Assembly: GCA_050738795.1 (NCBI GenBank)
Contig: JBOIAD010000113.1
Location: 131-64,130 of the forward strand
DNA length: 64,000 nucleotides
Reading direction: 5' to 3'
Source of the DNA: Steroidobacteraceae bacterium
GTDB lineage: Bacteria; Pseudomonadota; Gammaproteobacteria; Steroidobacterales; Steroidobacteraceae
Below are positions 34,157 through 43,327 of this stretch, one piece after another. The translations under genes and the position numbers were made by a program. Position 1 is the stretch's first letter; every line of letters begins with the position of its first letter. The notes under the pieces were generated by a model that saw only the letters and a list, made by a program, of their open reading frames with translations, had not been told where the DNA came from and did not search any database.

Positions 34157-35614
34157 TCACGTAAGGCCCCCGACGCACAGATACTTGATCTCCGTGTAGT
34201 CCAGGATGCCGTAGCGCGAGCCTTCGCGGCCGATTCCCGACTCCTTGATCCCGCCGAATGGCGCGACTTCCGTCGAGATGAGTCCGGTGTTGAGTCCGAC
34301 AATGCCGTATTCGAGCGCCTCGGCCACCCGCCAGGAGCGGGCGAGGTCGCGCGTATAGAAGTAGGCGGCAAGCCCGAACTGCGTATCGTTGGACATGCGA
34401 ATCGCCTGCTCCTCGGTCTCGAAGCGAAACAATGGCGCGACCGGGCCGAAGGTCTCCTCGCGCGCCATCAACATGGCGGGACTCACGTTCGTCACCACGG
34501 TGGGCTGGAAGAACGTGCCGCCCAGGGCATGACGCTTGCCGCCATAGGCAATGCGCGCGCCCTTCGCCAGTGCGTCGGCGACGTGCTCTTCGACTTTGGC
34601 CAGCGCCTTTGAATCGATCAGGGGCCCCTGGTCGGTCGCACCTTTGAGTCCATCTCCCACGCGCAGCTGTGAGACGGCGTCAACCAGCCTGGTCGTGAAC
34701 GCATCGTAAATCGAGGACTGTACGAGCAACCTGTTGGCACAGACGCAGGTCTGCCCCGTGTTGCGATACTTGCTCGTGATGGCGCCGGCGACGGCGGCGT
34801 CGAGGTCTGCGTCCTCGAATACGATGAACGGCGCGTTGCCACCGAGCTCCAGCGACAGTTTCTTCAGCGTGCTCGAGGATTGAGCCATGAGGCGCTTGCC
34901 GATCTCGGTCGAGCCGGTAAAGGTCACCTTGCGTACGCTGGGGTTCGATGTCAGCTCGGCGCCGATCACGGCGGCGCTCTTTCCCGTGACGAGATTCAAC
35001 ACGCCTGGCGGGATTCCGGCGCGCGCGCCCAGCTCGGCCATGGCCAGCGCGGAGTACGGCGTCTGCTGCGCGGGCTTGCACACGAATGTGCAGCCGGCGG
35101 CAAGCGCAGGTGCCGCCTTGCGGGTGATCATGGCTGCCGGAAAATTCCAGGGGGTGATCGCCGCCACGACCCCGATCGGCTGGCGCAAGACGAGCAGGCG
35201 CTTGTCGGCCTGGTGACTGGGGATCACATCGCCATACAGGCGTTTGCCTTCCTCCGCGAACCAGTCGATGAAGGCGGCCGCATAGCCGACCTCGCCCTTC
35301 GACTCCGCCAGCGGCTTGCCTTGTTCGGCGGTCATGATGATCGCGAGATCCTCCTGGTTCGCCATCATCAGCTCATACCAGCGACGCAGTATCGCGCCGC
35401 GCTCCCGCGCCGTCTTCGCCGCCCAGGCCGGGAATGCGGCCGCCGCCGCTTCGATGGCGCGGCGTGTTTCGCCCGCGCCCATGTCAGGCACTGAGCCGAG
35501 CTTCTCGTGCGTCGCAGGGTTGAGCACGTCGTGAGTTGCGCCGCTTGCGGCATTCATCCACTGGCCGCCGACGTAGGCCTGCGTGCGCAGCAGATTGGGA
35601 TCCTGCAACTTCAT
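34157..35614 (-). CDS. gabD: NAD(P)+-dependent succinate-semialdehyde dehydrogenase
   Basis: Near-collinear with E. coli GabD from MKLQDPNLLRTQAYVGGQW through ITPWNFPAAMITRK, SLELGGNAPFIVF, GQTCVCANR and EETFGPVAPLFRF to EIKYLCVGGL. ATG 35614. Confidence 0.95.
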   Translation of the reverse strand: MKLQDPNLLRTQAYVGGQWMNAASGATHDVLNPATHEKLGSVPDMGAGETRRAIEAAAAAFPAWAAKTARERGAILRRWYELMMANQEDLAIIMTAEQGKPLAESKGEVGYAAAFIDWFAEEGKRLYGDVIPSHQADKRLLVLRQPIGVVAAITPWNFPAAMITRKAAPALAAGCTFVCKPAQQTPYSALAMAELGARAGIPPGVLNLVTGKSAAVIGAELTSNPSVRKVTFTGSTEIGKRLMAQSSSTLKKLSLELGGNAPFIVFEDADLDAAVAGAITSKYRNTGQTCVCANRLLVQSSIYDAFTTRLVDAVSQLRVGDGLKGATDQGPLIDSKALAKVEEHVADALAKGARIAYGGKRHALGGTFFQPTVVTNVSPAMLMAREETFGPVAPLFRFETEEQAIRMSNDTQFGLAAYFYTRDLARSWRVAEALEYGIVGLNTGLISTEVAPFGGIKESGIGREGSRYGILDYTEIKYLCVGGLT

Positions 35615-35633
35615 GGGGTGACCTCGCGGGAGC

Positions 35634-36329
35634 TCAGGCGGACCGGCCTTCCTCGCCGGCCACCTGGCGGGCGAGAAATTCGAGCGTGCGCCGGCGGGCG
35701 AGCGCGGCGGCTTCAGGGTCGTAGCTCGCGCGCTGGTCGCAGTTGAAGCCGTGGCCGGCCGCATACTCATGAAAAATCCCCGGCACGTGGGCTGCCTTGA
35801 TCTTCTGCACATCGCTCGGCGGGATGCTTTGATCCCGGGTACCGAAGTGATACATCACCGGGCACCTGGGCTTTCTGTCGAGATGGTCCGCGACCTTGCC
35901 GTAATAGACGATCGCACACGCGAGCGGCAGCTCGCAGGCTGCGACGTACGACAGCGCACCGCCCCAGCAATAGCCCACGGTGCCGACCCGGCCGGAGCGC
36001 CTGACTACCGCCAGGGCCGCACTGAGATCCTTGAGCGTGTCGTCCAGTTTCAGCTGTTGCACGTAGCCGCGGCCTTCCTGCACCTCGGGCTGCGAATAGC
36101 CGAGCTCGATCCCACGGCGCACCCGGTCGAACAGGGCAGGGGCGATCGTGGTGTAGCCGTCCGCGGCAAATCCGTCCGTCACGGCCCGGATGTGGCTGTT
36201 GATGCCGAAAATCTCGTGAATGACCATGACCGCACCGCGCGGCTTGCCGGGCGCGGCCGCCAGGTAGGCCTGAAACTCATGGCGGTCGCGGGCCATGATC
36301 GTGGTGAATTCGCCCATGTATCTGTCCAT
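35634..36329 (-). CDS. Dienelactone hydrolase family protein
   Basis: GAVMVIHEIFGINSHIRAVTDGFAADGY; nucleophile region GTVGYCWGG; C-terminal HGF. Confidence 0.88.
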   Translation of the reverse strand: MDRYMGEFTTIMARDRHEFQAYLAAAPGKPRGAVMVIHEIFGINSHIRAVTDGFAADGYTTIAPALFDRVRRGIELGYSQPEVQEGRGYVQQLKLDDTLKDLSAALAVVRRSGRVGTVGYCWGGALSYVAACELPLACAIVYYGKVADHLDRKPRCPVMYHFGTRDQSIPPSDVQKIKAAHVPGIFHEYAAGHGFNCDQRASYDPEAAALARRRTLEFLARQVAGEEGRSA

Positions 36330-36466
36330 TCGGGGGAGGGGGGTCGATGAGGATACCGTCCCCGATCCCGGAAGGGAAAGCTGGGGGGGATCTGAATGGC
36401 TTCATCAGGTCAGCCGTGGCATTCTGACGCCCGTTTTTCGTGCGGCTCATGCAGCGGAGATGATCC

Positions 36467-37753
36467 ATGCTCGTCGGCTCAGCGGTGAGACGCGTCGCCA
36501 TCGTCGGTGGCGTGCGCATTCCCTTTGCAAGGGCGCATACGGCGTATGCAAAGGTCAGCAACGAGGACATGCTGACTGCCGCATTTCGCGGCGTAGTCGA
36601 GCGGTTCAAGTTGAACGGCGTGCGCCTTGGCGACGCCGCGGCCGGCGCAGTCATCAAGCACACCAAGGACTACAACCTCACGCGCGAATGTGTGCTGTCC
36701 GCCGGGCTGCACCCGCAGACTCCTGGAGTTGATCTGCAGCGCGCCTGCGGTACGAGTCTCGAGGCGGCCATCCTCATCGGTAACAAGATAGCGCTCGGGC
36801 AGATCGACTCGGGCCTGGCCGGTGGCACGGATTCGATCAGTGATGCGCCGATCGTCTATCCGCGCTCCTACCAGCAACTGCTCCTGGAAAGCTTCCGGGG
36901 GCGCACGGCGTGGCAACGGATCAGGCCTTTCCTCGGCTTGCGCCCGCACCATTTCAGGCCAGTACTGCCCGCCGTGGTCGAGCCCCGCACCGGACTGTCC
37001 ATGGGGCAGAGCGCCGAGATCATGGCCAAGCGCTGGAAAATCGCGCGCGAGGACGAGGACAGGCTCGCGTACGAGAGCCACATGAAGGCGGCGGCCGCAT
37101 GGCGCGAGGGGTTTTACGGGGATCTCGTGGTCGAGTACCAGGGCCTGAAGGTCGACAACAACATCCGCCAGGACACGACTCTCGAGAAGCTGGCCAAGCT
37201 GCGGGCGACTTTCGATCCGCAAGGCGGCACGCTGACCGCAGGCAACAGCACCCCGCTCACCGATGGCGCGAGCGCGGTGTTGCTCGCCACCGAGGAATGG
37301 GCGGCGCAACGCAATCTGCCGGTGCTGGCGTATCTGACCTACGGCAAGGCTTGGGCAGTGGATTTCGCAAGCGGCAAGGAAGGGCTGCTCATGGCGCCGG
37401 CCTACGCGGTGCCGGCCATGCTCGCGGACGCGGGCCTGAGCCTGCAGGACTTCGACTACTACGAAATCCACGAAGCCTTCGCGGCGCAGGTGCTGTGTAC
37501 GCTCAAAGCCTGGGAATCAGCCGAATACTGCCGCGACGTGCTCGGGCTGCCCGGGCCCCTGGGCAGCATCGACCGCTCGAAGCTCAACGTGAAAGGCGGC
37601 AGCATTGCGGTCGGGCATCCGTTTGCCGCGACAGGCGCGCGGATCGTCGGCACGCTTGCGAAGATCCTGGCGGGCGATGCCACAGCGAAGCGCGGATTGA
37701 TCTCCGCGTGCACGGCCGGGGGCATGGGAGTCACGGCCATCCTCGAGCGTTGA
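36467..37753 (+). CDS. Thiolase family acetyl-CoA C-acyltransferase
   Basis: RVAIVGGVRIPFARA; active-site Cys context LQRACGTSLEA; C-terminal NVKGGSIAVGHPFAATGARIV and CTAGGMG. Confidence 0.92.
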   Translation: MLVGSAVRRVAIVGGVRIPFARAHTAYAKVSNEDMLTAAFRGVVERFKLNGVRLGDAAAGAVIKHTKDYNLTRECVLSAGLHPQTPGVDLQRACGTSLEAAILIGNKIALGQIDSGLAGGTDSISDAPIVYPRSYQQLLLESFRGRTAWQRIRPFLGLRPHHFRPVLPAVVEPRTGLSMGQSAEIMAKRWKIAREDEDRLAYESHMKAAAAWREGFYGDLVVEYQGLKVDNNIRQDTTLEKLAKLRATFDPQGGTLTAGNSTPLTDGASAVLLATEEWAAQRNLPVLAYLTYGKAWAVDFASGKEGLLMAPAYAVPAMLADAGLSLQDFDYYEIHEAFAAQVLCTLKAWESAEYCRDVLGLPGPLGSIDRSKLNVKGGSIAVGHPFAATGARIVGTLAKILAGDATAKRGLISACTAGGMGVTAILER

Positions 37754-37798
37754 CTCACTGCCTGTCCCCGCAGCGCCCATCTGGATTATAAGTAGGGA

Positions 37799-39595
37799 AT
37801 GGAGGGGGACATTCCCGAGGAAACAGTGCTGCTGCGCGCCGATCTGGGCGTCGTATTGAGTGGCCTGCCCCTGTTCAACGGTCTCGACAGCGACATTCTG
37901 GTCGAGATAGCGGCGGCGGCCGAGTGGCTCTCGCTTCCGGGGGGCGCGACGCTGTTCGCCGCGGGGGAATCACCTGACGCCCTGTATGTCGTCTTGAGCG
38001 GTTGCCTCGGCGTCTTTTCGCCCGAGCACAGCCGGGACCGCCGGCGCTTCATGGGCCGGGTCCTCGCGGGCGATACGGTGGGAGAGATGGGACTGATCTC
38101 CGGCCGGCCGCGCTCCGCCCACGTGGCCGCGCTGCGCGACAGCGAGCTGGTTCGGATCTCGGGCGACTCGTTCAACCGCATCTTCGGCCGCCACCCCCAG
38201 GCCATGATGCGCATCGCGCGCCTGACGGTCGATCGCCTCGAGTTGTCCCAATCGAGCATGCGCGGACCGCGCCACGGCGCGCGCACGTTCACGCTCCTGC
38301 CGCAGAGTCTCGAAGTCGACGTCGGCGGCTTCGCCAGCGAATTCGTGAAGGCGCTCGGCAGGTTCGGCCGAACGGAGCTCGTCTGGAGCGTGCGGGCCGA
38401 ATCCCATACGAGTCACTGGTTCCACAAGATCGAAAACGCCAACGACTTCGTGGTGTACATCGGCGACGCATCTCCGGGCCGCTGGAGCAATCTGTGCGTG
38501 CGGCAGGCAGACGCCCTGTTGTTGCTGGCACGCGCGGAGAGCGTGCCGGGGCGCTGGGCCGCGCTGGCCAACCCGCGCGATTCGAGCATGGCTCCGCAAA
38601 GAGCGGAGCTCGTTCTCCTGCACGACGGCCATCTGGTACGCGGCGCGGCCGCCCGCTGGCTCGCCGATCAGCCCGCAATTGCCCATCATCACATCACTGC
38701 GACGGCGGATATTGCGCGTTTGGCCAGAATGCTCACCGGGCGCGGCGTGGGACTGGTGCTATCCGGCGGCGGGGCGCGCGGCTTCGCGCACATCGGCATC
38801 GTGAAGGCGCTGCGCGAGGCGGGGGTTCCGATCGACCTGGTGGGAGGAACGAGCATGGGAGCCATCCTGGGCGCCGGAGTGGCCCAGTGCTGGAGCGTGG
38901 ACGAGCTGACCCAGCGGTTCCGGCATGCGTTCGTGGAAGCCAAGCCGCTGCGCGACTACACGCTGCCGTTCGTGTCCCTCGTTTCGGGTCGGAAGGTCAG
39001 CAGGCTGCTGCGCAACGATTTCGGCGACACCACCATCGAGGATCTGCCGCTTACCTTCTTTTGCGTGTCCTCCAACCTCACGACCGGCCACTCGGAAGTA
39101 CATCGCCGCGGCGAGGTGTGGCGCTGGTTGCGGGCCTCGGTCGCCATTCCGGGAGTGTTGCCTCCTGTGGTGCACAAGGGCGAAGTGCTGGTGGATGGCG
39201 GCACGATGAACAACCTGCCGGTGGACGCCATGCGCGAGCTCGGGCGCGGACCGGTTATCGGCTGCGACGTCGGCGCGGATCGTGCATTCACGATGGACAG
39301 CGACGAGGTTGACGTCCCGTTGCCGTGGCAACTGATGAGCTGGTTCCAGCTCCGGCGGCGGCGGCCCAATATCTTTCAGATCCTGTGGCGGGCGGGTATG
39401 GTCAACAGCAGCGCCATGACCGCCGCCCACCGCGAAAAGACCGATCTGCTGCTGCAGCCGCCGCTGGCAACGATCGACATGCTCAACTGGACCGCATTCG
39501 AGCGCGCCATCGATGCCGGCTATGAATACGCGGTACGGCGCCTGGAGAAACTCTCTTCGGACTCGCCTCTGCACGCCATCATCTCGAGCATCTGA
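37799..39595 (+). CDS. Cyclic-nucleotide-binding domain + patatin-like phospholipase (NTE/RssA-type)
   Basis: cNMP-binding: LFAAGESPDALYVVLSGCLGVF...GDTVGEMGLISGRPRSAHVAALRDSELV. Patatin: GLVLSGGGARGFAHIGIVKAL...GGTSMGAILGA...VDGGTMNNLP. Confidence 0.9.
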   Translation: MEGDIPEETVLLRADLGVVLSGLPLFNGLDSDILVEIAAAAEWLSLPGGATLFAAGESPDALYVVLSGCLGVFSPEHSRDRRRFMGRVLAGDTVGEMGLISGRPRSAHVAALRDSELVRISGDSFNRIFGRHPQAMMRIARLTVDRLELSQSSMRGPRHGARTFTLLPQSLEVDVGGFASEFVKALGRFGRTELVWSVRAESHTSHWFHKIENANDFVVYIGDASPGRWSNLCVRQADALLLLARAESVPGRWAALANPRDSSMAPQRAELVLLHDGHLVRGAAARWLADQPAIAHHHITATADIARLARMLTGRGVGLVLSGGGARGFAHIGIVKALREAGVPIDLVGGTSMGAILGAGVAQCWSVDELTQRFRHAFVEAKPLRDYTLPFVSLVSGRKVSRLLRNDFGDTTIEDLPLTFFCVSSNLTTGHSEVHRRGEVWRWLRASVAIPGVLPPVVHKGEVLVDGGTMNNLPVDAMRELGRGPVIGCDVGADRAFTMDSDEVDVPLPWQLMSWFQLRRRRPNIFQILWRAGMVNSSAMTAAHREKTDLLLQPPLATIDMLNWTAFERAIDAGYEYAVRRLEKLSSDSPLHAIISSI

Positions 39596-39643
39596 GCAGG
39601 CAGCGTAAGGTCCGATGCCGCCGGCCGCCGGAGTAAACGAGCC

Positions 39644-40345
39644 TTGAATCGCCTCCCGACCCTGGTCGTGTTCTGCCGCCGCCCCGCCCTGGGCAGAGGC
39701 AAGCGGCGCCTTGCGGGCGTGCTGGGCGAGGCAGATGCCTTCAAGATCGCAAACGCGCTGCTGGAGTGCACGCTGGAGGATGCGAACAGCTGGGACGGCG
39801 CACTCGTCATCTCGCCCGCCGGGGCCGAGGATCATGACTGGGCCGCGAGCCTGGTGGCCCCTCCAGCCCGGGTGCAGCCACAGCCGCAAGGCAATCTGGG
39901 CGAGCGCCTCAATGCTGTCGATGCCGCGGTGCGCAACTGCGGCGACGAGCGCCTCGTTTTCATCGGAGCCGATGCGCCTTCCCTGGCGGTTACCGACCTG
40001 CTGGCGGCCGCGGCCATTCTGGATCGGGCGGATGTCGTGTTGGGTCCGGCGGCGGATGGCGGAGTCACTCTCATGGGATCGCGCGTACCGTGGCCCGATC
40101 TCGCCGGCCTTCCGTGGAGCACGCCGGCTCTCGGAACCGCGCTCGAGCTGCATTGCGCGAAGTGCGGCCTGACGGTAGGCCAGACATCCTGCTCGTATGA
40201 TATCGACGAGGCATCGGATCTCGCCGCCGCCTGCCGCGCCCTTGGCGCTGATGAACGTCCTGCACGCCGCCGATTGCATCGGCTCCTCACGGCCGCTGTT
40301 GAGCGTCACGCACTCGCGGGGGCGTCCGCCGACGTGCGCGCATGA
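39644..40345 (+). CDS. DUF2064 / CofC-like nucleotidyl- or glycosyl-transferase ('transferase 1, rSAM/selenodomain-associated'-like)
   Basis: TTG start at 39644. LVVFCRRPALGRGKRRLA...VFIGADAPSL...GPAADGGVTLMG. Stop overlaps the next start (ATGA). Confidence 0.75.
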   Translation: MNRLPTLVVFCRRPALGRGKRRLAGVLGEADAFKIANALLECTLEDANSWDGALVISPAGAEDHDWAASLVAPPARVQPQPQGNLGERLNAVDAAVRNCGDERLVFIGADAPSLAVTDLLAAAAILDRADVVLGPAADGGVTLMGSRVPWPDLAGLPWSTPALGTALELHCAKCGLTVGQTSCSYDIDEASDLAAACRALGADERPARRRLHRLLTAAVERHALAGASADVRA

Positions 40346-41037
40346 AGCGACGTGCTGCCGCCGCACTGGTAGTCGTTCTGTTGCTCGCCGCCGCCGCGAT
40401 CCTGCTGCCCGTGAAGGATTGGCTGCGCGAAGCTCTTGTGTGGACGAACGCACACCGCGAGATTTCCTGGCTGGTCTTCATCGTGTTGTATGTCGTGGCG
40501 ACCGTGTGTCTGATTCCGGGAATCCTGCTCACGCTGGCCGCCGGCGCGATCTTTGGCCTGCCGCGCGGAGTCGCCCTGGTTTCCGTGGCGAGCGTAGCGG
40601 GCGCAACCGCCGCATTTTTCGTCGGCCGCACCTTCATGCGCGAGTGGATCAGCCGCAAGATCGAAGCGTGGCCGAAATTCCGTGCGCTCGATCGCGCGCT
40701 GGGCTCGCGCGGATTCTGGATCGTGCTGCTCACCCGCCTGTCGCCCGCGTTCCCGTACAGCCTTCTCAACTACGCCTACGGTGTATCGGCGGTGCGTCCC
40801 CGGGACTACATTGTCGGCTCCTGGATCGGGATGTTGCCGGCCACCGTGCTGTATGTCTACGCGGGTTCGGCCGCCGCCACCTTGACTGAGGCACTGTCAG
40901 GCGGGATCCAGACCGGCAGATCCGGCTGGGCATTGCTGGGCGTGGGATTCGCGGCAACCATCGGAGTTGCGATGCTGGTGACGCACCTCGCGCGGCGGCA
41001 GCTCGAACGCGAGTTGATAGAGAAAGGGGCACCATGA
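40342..41037 (+). CDS. TVP38/TMEM64 (DedA-related) family membrane protein
   Basis: Multi-TM protein: LIPGILLTLAAGAIFG...FVGRTF...LTRLSPAFPYSLLNYAYGVS. Start and stop overlap both neighbours. Confidence 0.85.
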   Translation: MKRRAAAALVVVLLLAAAAILLPVKDWLREALVWTNAHREISWLVFIVLYVVATVCLIPGILLTLAAGAIFGLPRGVALVSVASVAGATAAFFVGRTFMREWISRKIEAWPKFRALDRALGSRGFWIVLLTRLSPAFPYSLLNYAYGVSAVRPRDYIVGSWIGMLPATVLYVYAGSAAATLTEALSGGIQTGRSGWALLGVGFAATIGVAMLVTHLARRQLERELIEKGAP

Positions 41038-42527
41038 CTTCGACCGGCGAGGCGCGTGGGAATGATTTCTCGCTGGCGCCGGGACCGAGCTTTGATGATG
41101 CCTGGCGCAGGCTCGTCTTCCCACGTGACTATCGCAATCCCCAGCCTGCGCCATGTTACAACCTGACGGTCATCGGCGCCGGCCCGGCAGGTCTCGTGAC
41201 GGCCATCGCCGCCACCGGCCTCGGCGCGAAAGTCGCGTTGGTCGAGCGCCACGCCATGGGTGGCGACTGTCTCAATGTCGGCTGCATACCCTCCAAGACG
41301 CTCCTCGCCGGGGCTGCGGGCGGGCTCTCGTTCGCGGACGCCATGGCCCGCGTGAAGAGGGTTCGCGCGCAGATTGCGCAGCACGACTCCGTCGAACGCT
41401 TTGTGAAGGCCGGCGTGGACGTCTTTCTCGGCGAAGCAACTTTCGAGCGCGCGAACGAAGTTCGGGTTGGAGAGGCCGTGTTGCGAGCTCGCCGGATCGT
41501 CATCGCGACCGGGGCGCGTGCGGCCATCCCGCCGATACCCGGCCTCAGCGAACTGGCACCGCTCACGAACGAGACGGTGTTCGACCTGGCCGGCCAGCCT
41601 CGGCGTCTCGCCATACTCGGCGCGGGGCCCATCGGTTGTGAGCTGGCGCAGGCGTTCGTCCTCCTGGGAACGCACGTGGATCTCATCGAGATCGAGCCTC
41701 AAGTGTTGCCCCGGGAAGATGCCGATGCTGCCAGGCTGATAGCGGGTGCACTTGCGCGCGACGGTGTTGGGATACATCTGGGGGTACGTGTTGCGTGCGC
41801 ATCTCGCTCCCCGGAGGGCAAGACTCTGGTGCTGGAAGACGGCACCCGCATCGAGACGGATGAAGTCCTCGTCGCAGTTGGGCGGCTGCGCAATGTCGAG
41901 GCCCTGCACCTGGAGAATGCCGGCGTCCGTTTCGATCCGAAATCCGGAATCGAAGTGGACGCGAGCCTGCGAACATCTCAGCGAAACATCTTTGCGGTGG
42001 GTGACGTCTGTTCGCCGTATCAATTTACACATGTGGCTGATGCGCACGCGCGCGTGGTCATCCGCAACGCCTTGTTTCATTCGCGGGCCCGTGTGGACCG
42101 GCTCGTGATTCCCTGGTGCACCTTCACCAGGCCCGAGCTCGCCCGCGCAGGGGCTACGAGCCGCGAGCTGGAGCGCGCCGGCCGGGCTTATGACCGCTAC
42201 CGGATCGGGTTTGGCGAGCTCGATCGGGGCCGCACGGATGACGCCACGGACGGTTACGCGGAAGTGCTCACCGCAAAGGGCACGGACCGGATTATCGGCA
42301 CGACGATCGTCGGCAAGGATGCGGGCGAGCAGATTGCACCGGTCGTACTCATGATGGTGCGTGGTATCGGGTTGCGGGAATTGAGCGCTCTGGTGGTCAC
42401 TTACCCGACGCGCTCCGAATACCTTCGCCGGCTGGCCGATGCTTACAGCCGGACCCGGCTGACGCCAAGGGTGGCGCGTATACTCAAATGGTGGCTGGCC
42501 CGCGGACACCGGGCCCCGCGAAATTGA
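41034..42527 (+). CDS. Class I pyridine nucleotide-disulfide oxidoreductase (MerA/dihydrolipoamide dehydrogenase-like flavoprotein)
   Basis: FAD motif: LTVIGAGPAGLV. Redox-active disulfide: GGDCLNVGCIPSK. NAD motif: LAILGAGPIGCELA. No C-terminal Cys pair. The last 5 codons and the TGA lie inside a P repeat element. Confidence 0.88.
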   Translation: MTSTGEARGNDFSLAPGPSFDDAWRRLVFPRDYRNPQPAPCYNLTVIGAGPAGLVTAIAATGLGAKVALVERHAMGGDCLNVGCIPSKTLLAGAAGGLSFADAMARVKRVRAQIAQHDSVERFVKAGVDVFLGEATFERANEVRVGEAVLRARRIVIATGARAAIPPIPGLSELAPLTNETVFDLAGQPRRLAILGAGPIGCELAQAFVLLGTHVDLIEIEPQVLPREDADAARLIAGALARDGVGIHLGVRVACASRSPEGKTLVLEDGTRIETDEVLVAVGRLRNVEALHLENAGVRFDPKSGIEVDASLRTSQRNIFAVGDVCSPYQFTHVADAHARVVIRNALFHSRARVDRLVIPWCTFTRPELARAGATSRELERAGRAYDRYRIGFGELDRGRTDDATDGYAEVLTAKGTDRIIGTTIVGKDAGEQIAPVVLMMVRGIGLRELSALVVTYPTRSEYLRRLADAYSRTRLTPRVARILKWWLARGHRAPRN

Positions 42528-42621
42528 GCGTCTTGGTCGACGACAGTCGCACGTTGGACGCGTAGAAGCTCAATTTCGTGGGTGGTGTACCGGGCCCCGC
42601 GAAATTGAGCGTTTTCAAGGG
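42511..42621. repeat. P palindromic element plus a partial second copy (left arm only) inside an operon
   Basis: Full copy at 42512-42586, with arms CGAAATTGAGC (42519) and GCTCAATTTCG (42568). Near-identical to 27411-27483. GGGCCCCGCGAAATTGAGCG is repeated at 42511 and 42592. Confidence 0.9.
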
Positions 42622-42640
42622 AAGACTGGATGGCCCTGCA

Positions 42641-43327
42641 ATGCGCCTCGCCCTGATAGTGCCGACACTCGACGACGACACCGCGCTCGCGCACTTCCTT
42701 ACGCAGCTTGCGGGACTCGATCTGCCCCCCGACGAGGTCATCGTCGTGGATGGGGGCTCACGCAGCTCGACAGCGCAGATCTGCCGCGACTTTGGCTGCA
42801 CGTGGATGTCTGCGCAGCAAGGCAGGGGCGTGCAGTTGAGGGCTGGCGCCGCGCGCGCGAATGCGGACGCATTGTGGTTCGTTCACGCTGACTGCCAATT
42901 GCACCCGGACGCGTCCAAGGCGATCCGCGCCGCGATCGCAACTGGAGAGGCGGGAGGTTATTTCCGCTTCCAGTTCGGCGGGGAACGCCGCGCGCTGAAA
43001 CGCTTCCTCGAGTGGTGTATCGCATGGCGCTGCCGCGCGGCGATGGTCTATGGCGACCAGGGCATTTTCGCAACGCGCAGCGCCTACGATGCGAGCCCCG
43101 GCTTCAGCGCGCAGCCACTGTTCGAGGAAGTGGCGCTCGTTCGCGCGCTCAAGCGCAGCGGCCGCTTCGCCGCGCTCGCATTGCCGATTATCGTGTCGTC
43201 GCGACGTTGGGAACGTGATGGCTTCCTGCGCCGGACACTGCACAACCGCGCGCTGGCGCTTGGGTTTCTCCTGGGCATCGACTCGATGACACTCGCACGC
43301 TGGTATCGCACCCGGGTCTCCCAATGA
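42641..43327 (+). CDS. Family 2 glycosyltransferase ('transferase 2, rSAM/selenodomain-associated'-like)
   Basis: ATG 42641 (MRLALIVPTLDD). VIVVDGGSRSST; WFVHADCQL; GDQGIFATR. Stop overlaps the radical SAM start. Confidence 0.82.
   Translation: MRLALIVPTLDDDTALAHFLTQLAGLDLPPDEVIVVDGGSRSSTAQICRDFGCTWMSAQQGRGVQLRAGAARANADALWFVHADCQLHPDASKAIRAAIATGEAGGYFRFQFGGERRALKRFLEWCIAWRCRAAMVYGDQGIFATRSAYDASPGFSAQPLFEEVALVRALKRSGRFAALALPIIVSSRRWERDGFLRRTLHNRALALGFLLGIDSMTLARWYRTRVSQ

Noticed and set aside
36332-36390. G-run cluster (GGGGGAGGGGGG ... GGG ... GGGGGGG) upstream of the thiolase gene as a G-quadruplex
   Set aside because: The loop between the second and third G-runs is ~38 nt, too long for a confident G4 call. 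It could simply be GC-rich spacer in a divergent promoter region.
37799-39595. cNMP-binding patatin as a CBASS/phage-defence effector
   Set aside because: No CD-NTase or other cyclase, and no Cap accessory or other defence genes, are adjacent. The CAP_ED-patatin (NTE/RssA) architecture is a widespread housekeeping type, distinct from CapV-like effectors.
38759-40453. 564-aa minus-strand ORF opposite the patatin and DUF2064-like genes
   Set aside because: It is antisense to genes with strong motifs (GGGARG/GTSMG patatin) and has low-complexity Arg/Ala-rich content.
40857-42509. 550-aa minus-strand ORF opposite the MerA-like flavoprotein gene
   Set aside because: The plus-strand frame carries the FAD, NAD and CxxxxC motifs. 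The minus frame has no recognisable features.
41034-42527. Bona fide mercuric reductase (merA)
   Set aside because: It lacks the C-terminal vicinal Cys pair and an N-terminal HMA/NmerA domain. There are no merR, merT or merP genes. Only the generic class I flavoprotein disulfide reductase features are present.
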